A stretch of 64,000 nucleotides of DNA, from positions 282,227 through 346,226 of the forward strand of contig JBDRWW010000001.1 in assembly GCA_039802605.1 (NCBI GenBank), read 5' to 3'. How positions within the stretch are numbered: the stretch's first letter is position 1; every line of letters starts with the position of its first letter. Shown one piece after another: positions 31,106 to 40,657 of the stretch. A model generated the notes under the pieces. It worked only from the letters and a program-made list of their open reading frames with translations, was not told the DNA's origin and searched no databases. The translations under genes were made by a program, and so were the position numbers. The stretch comes from a candidate division WOR-3 bacterium. Lineage in GTDB: Bacteria; Hydrothermota; Hydrothermia; LBFQ01.

Positions 31106-33062
31106 GGGTTTAAGCCTTCAACCTCAGGGAACATTTGGTGGGCCTTCAACGGAAGTGGTTATCCTAATAGATGTTTCCGGTAGTATGGTTAAACTGGATC
31201 CGGAAGGTCTCGCCCGCGAAGGTTCAAAAATGATAAACGATATAGCGGATATCCTTCAAGCCCCTGTAAAGGTTAATGTAATATTTTACGGGGAAAAGAG
31301 TAGGGTAATAGCCTTGGGTTTAAATCCGGCGGAGGTTAAAAATATATTAACCGATTCCTTAAAGGCTGTAAAATACGAGAAATATTCCGATCTGAGGTCC
31401 GCATTGGTGCTCGCGAAAGATATACTTAAAAAGCGCTCGGATAAAAGACAGGCGTTTGTAATAATTTTAACGGATGGGCGGATCAAAGAGGACGATATAC
31501 CTTCGGGAGAAGATATAAACAATTACCTCGCAACCCTTTCATCCATGGCGTCGGATTTTAAGGATAACAACTGGAACATTTTTGTATTTTCAACACATGA
31601 AGCCGTTCAAAGCATAATTGATTTGGCCAACTTTTCGGGTGGTGCATATGAAAAACTGGATAACTTGTCCGAGTTATCTTCAAGGTTTATAAACCTTATG
31701 GAGGAGAAGGTATTGAGGTTTAAGGTGGATGTGAAACCAAATTCACTTATTGAACTTCCAGTGGAAGAGGGAGTTGCGGAAATAGGTTTGGTTATAGGGT
31801 TCAATCCGAAAGAGAGGCATTACTTAAAAATTTACGACCCATATGGGAAAGAGGTTGAGGGTAAAAGGAAGGAAGGTAAAGGATATATCGTGGTTATAGT
31901 TGAAAACCCTAAACCCGGAGTATGGAAGTTTGAAATATCCAAAGGGGCTACAATACTATTATCAATGGCCATTCCGAAGATTATTTCCCCAAGTTGGGAA
32001 CATCCGTATACGGAGCCGATAAATGTTAAACTCAAGCTTGAACCGATATTACCAAAGCATCCCGATTGGAAAAACTTTAATGCCAAAATATATGTGGAAT
32101 ATCCTTCCGGAAAACAAGAAGTATATGACCTATACGATGACGGCAAAAACGGAGATGAAAACCCATGGGATGGTATATTTGGGAGGAACATAGGGAAGTT
32201 TCCCGAAGGGGAATATGTATTCACGGCGGTCGTTAGCCATAGGCCCACAAATGCGGAAATCCGCATAAAAAAGAGGGTAAAATTGGTTTATATACCCATT
32301 CCCAAAATAGACATTGAAGGACCTTGGATATTGAGCAGGCCATTAAAGATTTCCATAGGAATATCAAACAGGAGCGGGAAGGTTTTTACGGAGGAAAACT
32401 ACACCCTCAGGGTTGTGGATCCAAAGGGGAATACGGAAAATGTAAATCTTCAAAGGGACAACTTCGGCCAGTGGTTTGGATATTACGAAAAAACCTTCTA
32501 TCCGGGGAAATATAAGGTTTTTGGCGCTGCAAATGTTGTGGTTAAAGATTCAAATAGGGTTATGAGGTTTTCAAACATCACAATTGAGGATACATTTACC
32601 CTATGCGTGGATTTTTACAAATCAAAGATACCCTCTTTCTTGTTCTTCGGCCAAATGCCCGGTAGGACATATACCCATAAATTAACCCTATTAAACTACT
32701 GCGATACCGATATAAGGATAAGGTTCTCGTATCTTAGGTCTGTTTTTTCGGATACTTTAAAGGATAAGACCATTTCCGAATCCCAAAGGCCACAGTTTGA
32801 AAAGGTTGAACCGATAGAAATTCCACCATCAAAGGGGCAACCAACGGCCGCATATGTAAATTTAAAGTGGATTATACCAAGGGAGGCAAAATCCGGAACA
32901 TATGACATTGTTTTAAAGGGGACGCAGGCACCGTCTTATAGGCCGATAGAGATAAGGTATCCCTCCAAAGTTGGCTCTTGGAAACAGGTTTGGATAACAT
33001 TCGTAGGGATGGGAGTTCTCGTCGTTGGTGGGGGATTTGCCGCCTGGCACTTCACAAGATGA
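31077..33062 (+). CDS. von Willebrand factor A (vWA) domain protein, C-terminally membrane anchored
   Basis: 661 aa; MIDAS motif DVSGSM near the N-terminus; central Ig-like-looking region; C-terminal hydrophobic helix VWITFVGMGVLVVGGGFAAW. Confidence 0.6.
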   Translation: MVWLVMGQIEGLSLQPQGTFGGPSTEVVILIDVSGSMVKLDPEGLAREGSKMINDIADILQAPVKVNVIFYGEKSRVIALGLNPAEVKNILTDSLKAVKYEKYSDLRSALVLAKDILKKRSDKRQAFVIILTDGRIKEDDIPSGEDINNYLATLSSMASDFKDNNWNIFVFSTHEAVQSIIDLANFSGGAYEKLDNLSELSSRFINLMEEKVLRFKVDVKPNSLIELPVEEGVAEIGLVIGFNPKERHYLKIYDPYGKEVEGKRKEGKGYIVVIVENPKPGVWKFEISKGATILLSMAIPKIISPSWEHPYTEPINVKLKLEPILPKHPDWKNFNAKIYVEYPSGKQEVYDLYDDGKNGDENPWDGIFGRNIGKFPEGEYVFTAVVSHRPTNAEIRIKKRVKLVYIPIPKIDIEGPWILSRPLKISIGISNRSGKVFTEENYTLRVVDPKGNTENVNLQRDNFGQWFGYYEKTFYPGKYKVFGAANVVVKDSNRVMRFSNITIEDTFTLCVDFYKSKIPSFLFFGQMPGRTYTHKLTLLNYCDTDIRIRFSYLRSVFSDTLKDKTISESQRPQFEKVEPIEIPPSKGQPTAAYVNLKWIIPREAKSGTYDIVLKGTQAPSYRPIEIRYPSKVGSWKQVWITFVGMGVLVVGGGFAAWHFTR

Positions 33063-33109
33063 CAACATTTTTGACCCTTCAACCCTTAATATTTGGAAGG
33101 TGGGATTTA

Positions 33110-33709
33110 ATGTTGGGGTACGGTCTTGATGAGAGGGGTTATTATACGAGGTTTGACATGATAGGTGAATGGCTGATAACGGGAGAGGACATGGCTTTAA
33201 TATTTGATATGCCTTTTGTTCATAACGGATTGGAATTTTCCCTAACGGATACAAAGTTTGGAGCAAAGGTTAGGTTTTTGGAAACCGGATATGTTAATTT
33301 TAACCTCATTTTCCCCACTGGGAAGTTTTCGAGCAGGAATCCCGCCGGTGAAGTGCTTTTCGGTAGGTATATAAAAAGGGATACGAATTTCGGTTTGTTC
33401 CTTATTGCAGGGGGGTCTTTTACCGCCGCATCGGACACAAACGAGTATGCATATAACAATAAGGTTTCTTATAGGAGGGCTTACAGGCATATGAATGTTG
33501 AACTCATGGCATACAAAGGCATCGGCGAAACCATGGGAGCCGGTATCTCCATAGCGGGGGATTACGCGTACTCTTTGAACTCCTTTTGGACATCCGTAAA
33601 GGTTGGATATTATATAGCGCCGTTTGTTGAAATTGGGGGGCAGTTTTGGTTGTACAAGCCGAGGCCCGAGGTTTTCAGGTTGTATATACTTGGAAACCTT
33701 TTCATATGA
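33110..33709 (+). CDS. hypothetical protein (possible beta-barrel)
   Basis: ORF track starts at 32978 overlapping the vWA gene; ATG at 33110 has GGAAGGTGGG upstream; alternating hydrophobic pattern; no signal peptide seen. Confidence 0.3.
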   Translation: MLGYGLDERGYYTRFDMIGEWLITGEDMALIFDMPFVHNGLEFSLTDTKFGAKVRFLETGYVNFNLIFPTGKFSSRNPAGEVLFGRYIKRDTNFGLFLIAGGSFTAASDTNEYAYNNKVSYRRAYRHMNVELMAYKGIGETMGAGISIAGDYAYSLNSFWTSVKVGYYIAPFVEIGGQFWLYKPRPEVFRLYILGNLFI

Positions 33710-34653
33710 TAGATCACCTCGAATTTTTCAAAAAAAACCTTGTCCCGAATTTAATAATTATGGCGGGTGAGGAACAATATCCCGCCGATATGATAGTGAA
33801 GGAATATAAAAGGAGGATTGAGGCGGATTCAACAACCGTTATATGGGCGGACGAATACGAAAACCTGATAGGGAAGGTTGTGGAAAAGTTGGGTGCGGGT
33901 ATAATGAGGAGAAATGTGGTTTGGGTTAAGGGTTTGGAGAGGGTAAAGGGGTATAAAAAGGTTTTGAGGGATTTGGTAAAATCCGTAAGGGGTTTTAAGG
34001 GTTGTGCAATTTCCGTATCGGATAGCGTTGAAGAGTTTAAGGACTTGGAAGGTCAGGGGGTTTTGTTGATAAATATGAGGCCTTTAACCGAAGATGAATT
34101 TAAAAAATGGTTAAAAAAACATCTACCCTGGATTGCGAGTAGGCCCGAGCTTATGGGGATATTAGAAGATAGTTTTAAGGGTATGCACTTGTCGGAAATA
34201 TACCTTGAAATTAAAAAGTTAAAGCTCTTTTCGGAAACACCCGCAAGGGAATCACTAAACCTTCTATGGCATCAACCCACAACAAAGGTTTATGAACTCG
34301 CGAATTACATACTTTCAAAGGATATAGAAGGTGCTTTTAGGGTTTTGGACAACTTAAAAGAGCAGGGAGAGAATCCGATAAATATAGTGTCGTTTTTAAT
34401 GAGGGAAGTAGAAAGGTTGGTTTATATAAAATTGGGTAAAAATCTTCCCAAATACCAATACGCAAGGTTGAAAAAATACCAAAACTGGATTTCAAACGGG
34501 GAAATTTCGTTGGCACTTGAAAAACTCAAAAGGGCGGATTTTGATCTAAAGGGGAAAATAAGGGGAGAATCCCAGTGGTCTTATTTGAAGGTTTTGGTAA
34601 AGGATTTGGTTAAACTCTTGGGTAAAATACCCTATGAAGATTCTCGCCCTTAG
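33706..34653 (+). CDS. holA: DNA polymerase III delta subunit-like protein
   Basis: about 315 aa from the ATGA-overlapped ATG; N-terminal LIIMAGEEQYPADMIVKEYKRRIE and overall length fit HolA; weak. Confidence 0.4.
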   Translation: MIDHLEFFKKNLVPNLIIMAGEEQYPADMIVKEYKRRIEADSTTVIWADEYENLIGKVVEKLGAGIMRRNVVWVKGLERVKGYKKVLRDLVKSVRGFKGCAISVSDSVEEFKDLEGQGVLLINMRPLTEDEFKKWLKKHLPWIASRPELMGILEDSFKGMHLSEIYLEIKKLKLFSETPARESLNLLWHQPTTKVYELANYILSKDIEGAFRVLDNLKEQGENPINIVSFLMREVERLVYIKLGKNLPKYQYARLKKYQNWISNGEISLALEKLKRADFDLKGKIRGESQWSYLKVLVKDLVKLLGKIPYEDSRP

Positions 34654-35560
34654 GCTTTCCGCCCTCGGAGATGTAATACTATCAACACCGATTTTGGAAT
34701 ATTTAAGTAAAAAGGGTGTTTTGGATTTTTTAACTTATGAAGAATATGCGGATATTTTTAGGGAAGACCCGAGGATAAACAGGGTTTGGAGGGTTAAGAG
34801 GAAGGGTTTGATGAAATTGGTGGATATTTTAAAAGAGCAGGATTACGACCTTCTTGTTGATTTACAGGTTAAACCCATAACGGTTTTTTTCTCAAAAATT
34901 CTAGGTGTAAAAACCATTAGGGTTGATAAGAAAACTATAAAAAGGAGACTACATGTTTGGTTTGGGTTGGATTACGAAGGCGGTGTTGTTTGGAAGAGGT
35001 ACCTTAAAAATGTTGCGGATTATTTTGGCGAGGAACCACCAAATACTTATCCAAAAATATATCCGCCGGATGTCCTTTTACCCTTTGATATTCCGGATAA
35101 CTTTGTGGCTATATTTCCCGAGGCGAGTACAAAATTAAAGAGGTGGGATTTTGAAAGGTTTTTAAATGTTGCAAAAGTTTTAACGGATAAGGGGATAAAT
35201 GTCGTGTGGATGGGAAAAGAAAGTTTTCCCGAAGTGGATGTAGGTTTGGATTTGAGGGGTAAAACGGATATTTTACAAACGATAAAGGTTATAGGTTCGG
35301 CCAATTTAGTTTTATCAAACGATAGCGCACCGGTTCATATGGCGAGGGCTTTAAACATACCGGTTGTCGTGATTATGGGACCCACAGCAAAAACTTTGGG
35401 TTTTGTTTATGAAGGGATTAGGGTTGTTGAAAAAAACTTAAATTGTAGGCCATGCTCAACAAACGGTGGGGGTAGGTGTTGGAGGGGGGATAGGGAATGT
35501 TTGAACATAAACGAATTTGATGTCATTTCCTCAATTTTTGAATTAATTCGTCAAATTTAG
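34634..35560 (+). CDS. ADP-heptose--LPS heptosyltransferase (GT9 family)
   Basis: 308 aa; MKILALRLSALGDVILSTPILEYL N-terminal GT9 signature. Confidence 0.75.
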   Translation: MKILALRLSALGDVILSTPILEYLSKKGVLDFLTYEEYADIFREDPRINRVWRVKRKGLMKLVDILKEQDYDLLVDLQVKPITVFFSKILGVKTIRVDKKTIKRRLHVWFGLDYEGGVVWKRYLKNVADYFGEEPPNTYPKIYPPDVLLPFDIPDNFVAIFPEASTKLKRWDFERFLNVAKVLTDKGINVVWMGKESFPEVDVGLDLRGKTDILQTIKVIGSANLVLSNDSAPVHMARALNIPVVVIMGPTAKTLGFVYEGIRVVEKNLNCRPCSTNGGGRCWRGDRECLNINEFDVISSIFELIRQI

Positions 35561-36224
35561 AGTATATTTCTTCCCAATCCACATTTTCAAAGGGTACCGT
35601 ATCGTCCTTTGATTTACCCGTTTTTTTACCCCCGGTTTCCTTATTTTTTACATAACTTTCAAAATCAACTTCAATCTTCCTTTCATTAAAGTTTTTTAAC
35701 ATTTCTAGGTTCTCGGCAGTTGTATCGGGCTCTTTCTTCGTGTATTTTATAAACCCCCTTTCAAAATCCTTCTCATTAAAGTTTTTTGACATTTCTATTT
35801 TCTCGGCCGTTGTATCGGGTTCTTTCTTCGTGTATTCCACCTTAGTGTTTTCCTTTTTTGAAAGTTTGTTTAAATAATCGTCAAATTCCGCGGGATCCCA
35901 TATTACAACATTTTTGTTAATCCACTTTACCCTATTCGCAAGGGCTTTATCCCTCGTTATCACTTTAATATTACCCTTATTTTTTGAAACGAATTCAATT
36001 ATCCAATCGTCCGCTTTTTTATCACTACCAACCCAAACCATATGATTTGCACCCGCGTAGTTCTCGTTATATCCATCAAAAACGAATAAGAAGTCTTTCT
36101 TACCGGCCTCTTCCAAAATCCTTATGGCATCCTCTACAACCCCAATGGCCTCTTCTAATGTAATGGCTTTACCGCCCTTTGAAAATGCATAGTTTAAGGC
36201 ATCAACTATTATCATCATTTTCAA
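35523..36224 (-). CDS. NYN-domain (YacP-like) predicted RNase with internal 30-aa tandem repeat
   Basis: 233 aa; MIIVDALNYAF...FLFVFDGYN PIN/NYN-like N-terminus; duplicated YTKKEPDTTAE-x-EM-x-KNFNE segment. Confidence 0.5.
   Translation of the reverse strand: MKMMIIVDALNYAFSKGGKAITLEEAIGVVEDAIRILEEAGKKDFLFVFDGYNENYAGANHMVWVGSDKKADDWIIEFVSKNKGNIKVITRDKALANRVKWINKNVVIWDPAEFDDYLNKLSKKENTKVEYTKKEPDTTAEKIEMSKNFNEKDFERGFIKYTKKEPDTTAENLEMLKNFNERKIEVDFESYVKNKETGGKKTGKSKDDTVPFENVDWEEIYSKFDELIQKLRK
35683..35860. repeat. two ~90-nt direct tandem repeats inside the NYN gene
   Basis: tcattaaagttttttaacatttct...cgtgtatt is repeated at 35683 and 35773 with a few substitutions. Confidence 0.7.
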
Positions 36225-38266
36225 AATACAGCTCTCAAAACTATTGAAGATATCGGATAGGATGTTGTTAGGTTTGCGAAATCGGCATCCGGGTTTGTGG
36301 GGTCAAAGGTAATGTTTTTATTGGGGAAAAGGTTAATAACGGAAAAGGAAATGTCAAACTTAAACCCACCAAATTCAAGGGGTATGGGTGCCCTGCTGAA
36401 AACATCAATGCGAGCATAGGGTGGTAGTTTTAGCCTATTTGTGGTATCCTGTATATAAACCTCCCCGTAAAAAGGCGTCCTGTAATGGCTTAAATACCCC
36501 CTGTAAGGCCTTCCCACCAAGTAAGCTATGGAAACCCCCAATATAACCTCGTATTTGTCCCTTATAAGGTGAAAGGATGCCGTTCCGTTTATAGTATGAT
36601 TTACATCCCAAGGGGTTGGTAAAAATTCGGATGTATCCGTCAGTTTTATCCTTGAAATCATAAATGTGTAAGACAAATCGGCGGTTAGGGGTACGGGTAC
36701 CTTGCTCTCCTTCCTTACCCAAAGGTCAAAACCGAAGGAGTTCATGATCCCAACCCTTTCGTTTAAATCCTCATCCAAATATACAAACTTCGGGTAATAC
36801 TTCTCAAATATGTTTATTTCGGATATGCCCCAGGGGAAAACCCTTTCACCACCAAATATAACCTGATAGGATAGTATTTCGTTTTGTTTTACGGGGGTGT
36901 AGAAGAAGAATTGGGGGGGGAATGCATAAAGGGATGTTATAAACTGCCTATAAATACCACCCTGAACCTTTAACGCATTCGTGGAATTAAAGTAATACTT
37001 AAAAAATCCCGAAGGGGATGGTTTTAATCCCACATCGTACATATAATCCAGCCTTATACCGAATTCCGTTAAAATGTTTATGTTTTCAAACCTATACTTT
37101 ATGTAGTTTCCGATAAAGGGCTTTTTCTCGCCTTTGCTTATGGAATCCTTATCAATGTTTGCGTTATAAAGGCTTATTTCGTTTCCGAACGAAAAGGAGG
37201 AAAACTCGGCATCGTTCCTAAGGGTTAAAACCGAAAAGTTGGAGTTTATGCTCTTGGGCTGTATTCTAGGGTTAAAGGGGTCTTTCCTTGAACTGTCCCA
37301 AGAATTGAATGTTGATATTGAATAAACCAATCTGGGCCTTAAAAATACCTTGCCCATGTAATACCTTCCGTTTATTGAGAATCCGCCGTTTAAAATGCCC
37401 GCTTTGTAATACAACCCCCTGTAATCGTTTAAATATATGTTATCCGAAATGTTTGCAATGTACGAAAGGGAAAAGCCTTTTAAAGAGTTGCCAAAATCAA
37501 ATTTGCCGGATAAATCCCCAAGCCTTATTCCCACCTTTCTCCAATACTTCAAAGGTGCAAACAACCCCATCCTCAAAGAGAAGAGCCAACCCTTAGCCAG
37601 TGCGGAAAAACCCGTATTTGTTCTGCTAAACCTGAAAACATACCTCAAACTATCAGAACTCTTACTCTTAAAGGATATTAAAGAACCCGATAGGTTGCCG
37701 ATTTCAGGCGTAAATCCACCCCTCAAAAACTCAACACCACCAACAATATCCACATTTATGGGTGTGTACATCCCGTAATAACTGAAAGCGTTATAAATGG
37801 GTATGTTATCAAAGGTTATAAGGTTTTCAAAGGGGGATGAACCCCTAACGGAAAAGTATGAAAGCCCGTAAACGGGAACAACACCCGGTGCTATTGATAT
37901 GAAATAACCCACATCCTGATCCCCCACAAAGGGTATCGCCTCTAAGAATTTGGGTTCTGCGGATTCAAAGACGCTTTTGGTTTTAGGAGAAACCTCTATT
38001 TCACCCAGAGTGTATTCAAGGGGTCTTAGGGATAAAGTTATGGCCGTATCGGAATTAATGGTTATACCAATCCTTTCAACCCTATATCCCAAGGATTGAA
38101 CGATTAACGTGTATTTCCCTTTGGGTAAATTCATTTTGAAATTCCCTTTATCATCCGTATAAGCCCTAATACCCAATTCCTTAACATAAATTACGGCATC
38201 ATTAATACCCTTGCCGTTTGAAACAACCTTACCGCTAACGGTAAAATTTAAGATAACCCCTATCAA
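36221..38266 (-). CDS. TonB-dependent-receptor-like outer membrane protein with CarbopepD_reg domain (paralog of 4776-6965)
   Basis: 681 aa; N-terminal CarbopepD_reg-like segment, beta-barrel pattern ending in VLRAVF. Confidence 0.55.
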   Translation of the reverse strand: MIGVILNFTVSGKVVSNGKGINDAVIYVKELGIRAYTDDKGNFKMNLPKGKYTLIVQSLGYRVERIGITINSDTAITLSLRPLEYTLGEIEVSPKTKSVFESAEPKFLEAIPFVGDQDVGYFISIAPGVVPVYGLSYFSVRGSSPFENLITFDNIPIYNAFSYYGMYTPINVDIVGGVEFLRGGFTPEIGNLSGSLISFKSKSSDSLRYVFRFSRTNTGFSALAKGWLFSLRMGLFAPLKYWRKVGIRLGDLSGKFDFGNSLKGFSLSYIANISDNIYLNDYRGLYYKAGILNGGFSINGRYYMGKVFLRPRLVYSISTFNSWDSSRKDPFNPRIQPKSINSNFSVLTLRNDAEFSSFSFGNEISLYNANIDKDSISKGEKKPFIGNYIKYRFENINILTEFGIRLDYMYDVGLKPSPSGFFKYYFNSTNALKVQGGIYRQFITSLYAFPPQFFFYTPVKQNEILSYQVIFGGERVFPWGISEINIFEKYYPKFVYLDEDLNERVGIMNSFGFDLWVRKESKVPVPLTADLSYTFMISRIKLTDTSEFLPTPWDVNHTINGTASFHLIRDKYEVILGVSIAYLVGRPYRGYLSHYRTPFYGEVYIQDTTNRLKLPPYARIDVFSRAPIPLEFGGFKFDISFSVINLFPNKNITFDPTNPDADFANLTTSYPISSIVLRAVF

Positions 38267-39498
38267 CGATCTACATCACCGAGTACTATGTCTATGGTTC
38301 CTATCAATACGATTATGTCCGCTATCAAGTGCCCGGGTGCCAAGTGTTCAAGTGCCTGTAAATTTACAAAGGATGGGGTTCTTATGCCGAGTCTCCAAGG
38401 CCTTGCGCTTCCATCCGAAACTATATAAAACCCCAGCTCGCCCCTTGGGCTTTCAACCGCCGCATAAACCTCACCCCTTGGAACCTTAAAACCTTCGGAC
38501 ATCAACTTAAAATGGTGTATGAGCTCCTCTATTGAACCGTATGTCCTCGCCTTCGGTGGAGGAACTATTTTAAAATCCTCAATTAAAACATTTCCATCCG
38601 GAATATCCTTTAAGGCTTGCCTTATTATCCTAACGGACTGCCTAACCTCTTCCATCCTAACCAAATACCTATCATAACTATCACCCCTTTCGCCCACGGG
38701 TATTTCAAAATCAAACCTGTCATAAACCGAATATGGTTCGTCCTTTCTCAAATCCCTCTTAACACCCGAACCCCTCAACATTGGGCCGGTGATTCCAAGG
38801 TTTAAAGCGTCTTCCTTTGTTAAAACACCTACATCCCTTGTCCTCTGGATGAATATGGGGTTTTTCGTTACGAGTTTATCCATTTCCGCAAAGGCCTTTT
38901 CAAACTGGTTTAAAAACCCTTCAACCTTTTCTAGCCATCCATCCGGAACATCTGCTGCAACCCCTCCTATCCTGAAATAGCTGTTATTCATCCTCTGGCC
39001 GCTTATTTCTTCAAGGAGGTCGTATATCAATTCTCTCTGCTTAAAAGCGTGTAGGAATGGCGTCCAAGCCCCTATATCCATAACATGGGTCCCAAACCAT
39101 ACCAAATGGCTCGCTATCCTGCTCAATTCGGCGGTTATAACCCGTAAATATTCCGCCCTTTCCGGTATATCCTTTGTTATTCCGAGTAGTTTTTCAACGG
39201 CCAAAACATATGCAAAATTGTTGTTTATAGGCGATAGGTAATCAAGCCTATCGGTATAAGGGAGGATTTGATAATAATTCCTATTCTCCGCGGTTTTTTC
39301 CGTTCCCCTATGTAAATAACCTATAACGCATTTTGCATTAACAACCGTTTCCCCGTCAAGTTCAAGCATAACCCTCAAAACCCCATGAGTTGCGGGATGC
39401 TGGGGTCCAACATTCAATACAAATGTCTCCGTCCTCACTCCACCGGCTGGCATAGTGGATATTTTAAGGGTGCTAAACCTCATAAAGGGTTTTAGCAA
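38263..39498 (-). CDS. nuoD: NADH-quinone oxidoreductase subunit D
   Basis: 411 aa; GPQHPATHGVLR motif, C-terminal IVLGDVDR; lacks NiFe-hydrogenase Cys ligands; no nuoC/nuoB adjacent. Confidence 0.8.
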   Translation of the reverse strand: MLKPFMRFSTLKISTMPAGGVRTETFVLNVGPQHPATHGVLRVMLELDGETVVNAKCVIGYLHRGTEKTAENRNYYQILPYTDRLDYLSPINNNFAYVLAVEKLLGITKDIPERAEYLRVITAELSRIASHLVWFGTHVMDIGAWTPFLHAFKQRELIYDLLEEISGQRMNNSYFRIGGVAADVPDGWLEKVEGFLNQFEKAFAEMDKLVTKNPIFIQRTRDVGVLTKEDALNLGITGPMLRGSGVKRDLRKDEPYSVYDRFDFEIPVGERGDSYDRYLVRMEEVRQSVRIIRQALKDIPDGNVLIEDFKIVPPPKARTYGSIEELIHHFKLMSEGFKVPRGEVYAAVESPRGELGFYIVSDGSARPWRLGIRTPSFVNLQALEHLAPGHLIADIIVLIGTIDIVLGDVDR

Positions 39499-39602
39499 AA
39501 GGTTTTATGGCCGCACGCCCAGATCAAGCCATAGCACCCGAAATTGTGATGGACAACGATGCGGGAAGCCTTATAAAAAGGGAGGCGTAGGGGGTTGTTT
39601 TC

Positions 39603-39932
39603 GTGGAAAACCCTTCCGAGGTTGTACCGGAATTTTCAACGCAGGCGGGTAGACCGGATTACGCTTTAAAGGTTGATAATAGAATTGTGGCATTTGTGGG
39701 CGCAAAAGCCTTGGGAAAACTTGAAGATACCTTACAATACATTTCGTATTGCGTCGCCGAAGGTATCCCGTATTTTATAACAACGGATGGGGATAAATGG
39801 GAAGTTTATAAAGTTAATAACGAAATCAAAAGGGCGCTTATACTTTTGGAATTAAAGGACCTCAGAGCCGTTTCAAAACAAACGGAATACCCTTACCCAA
39901 TGCAAAGACCGATAGAAATTATTCCGAGTTGA
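39603..39932 (+). CDS. small restriction-endonuclease-like (HsdR_N-type) domain protein
   Basis: 109 aa; GTG start; GRPDYALKVDNRIVAFVGAKALGK resembles the HsdR_N/PD-(D/E)xK pattern but with Gly in place of the catalytic Glu. Confidence 0.35.
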   Translation: MENPSEVVPEFSTQAGRPDYALKVDNRIVAFVGAKALGKLEDTLQYISYCVAEGIPYFITTDGDKWEVYKVNNEIKRALILLELKDLRAVSKQTEYPYPMQRPIEIIPS

Positions 39933-40097
39933 TCTTTCCGGATGGAAAAACATATCCGGTTAAAAATTGGGCTTCAATCTTAGTAAATGTAATAGTTTTA
40001 AACTTTCAACCTTACCATAAAAGCGGCGATAAGTTTAAAAATCCCCATAAAAACATTTCGGAATAGACCCTTATAAAGTTGCATTGCGGTAAGCTCT

Positions 40098-40292
40098 GGT
40101 GTCTAAATTTTGTCTAAAAAGAGTCTAAATTTAGACATTCGGGATAAAGGGTGTCTAAATTTGTCTAAGCGTAAAAACAAGTTTTTTAAACTAAAAACGC
40201 TAATATTTGATCTTATACCCAGTAAAGGGTTTAGACAGTTCAATCTCGCATGGTTATTAGGATTTTTAAACGGGTGTCTAAATTTAGACACC
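40098..40292. promoter_or_regulatory. array of GGTGTCTAAATTT half-sites including a perfect 20-bp palindrome, upstream of purS
   Basis: GTCTAAATTT at 40101, 40123 (palindrome GTCTAAATTTAGAC), 40153, 40275 (GGTGTCTAAATTTAGACACC, perfect 20-bp palindrome); partial copies at 40112, 40163, 40230. Confidence 0.6.
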
Positions 40293-40414
40293 ACAAAAAT
40301 CAAATTAAAATAGTAAAAAATGAAACTTATACCGCTTAGGCGCTTGCCGTCGATTCGATATTTACATGAACATAAAAACTCTAAACGCATACACCGTTAT
40401 AATGGCGGGTTGGA

Positions 40415-40657
40415 ATGGAATACAGATTTAGAATAATAGTTATGCCCCGTAAGGATTTGTTGGATCCACAGGGAAGGGCGGTAAAACGCGTTATAAACGA
40501 TATGGGAATAGATGTAAAGGATGTTAAAATAGGGAAAAGTATAGAGGTAATTATAGACGCCAAAAACGAGCGAGAGGCGATGAAAACCATAAAAGAACTA
40601 TCGGATAAAATCTTCTCCAACCCTATAATAGAGGATTACACAATTGAAAGGATATGA
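40415..40657 (+). CDS. purS: phosphoribosylformylglycinamidine synthase subunit PurS
   Basis: 80 aa; typical PurS length and pattern (VMPRKDLLDPQGRAV...LSDKIFSNPIIEDYTIE). Confidence 0.75.
   Translation: MEYRFRIIVMPRKDLLDPQGRAVKRVINDMGIDVKDVKIGKSIEVIIDAKNEREAMKTIKELSDKIFSNPIIEDYTIERI

Noticed and set aside
40098-40292. Possible CRISPR array
   Set aside because: The repeats are palindromic, irregularly spaced and partly overlapping with no unique spacers, and no cas genes are nearby. It is operator or iteron-like, not CRISPR.
40103-40390. Two overlapping small ORFs (95 aa minus, 67 aa plus) in the purS upstream region
   Set aside because: They are built from the repeated GTCTAAATTT palindromes and are AT-rich and low-complexity, so the region is treated as non-coding regulatory DNA.
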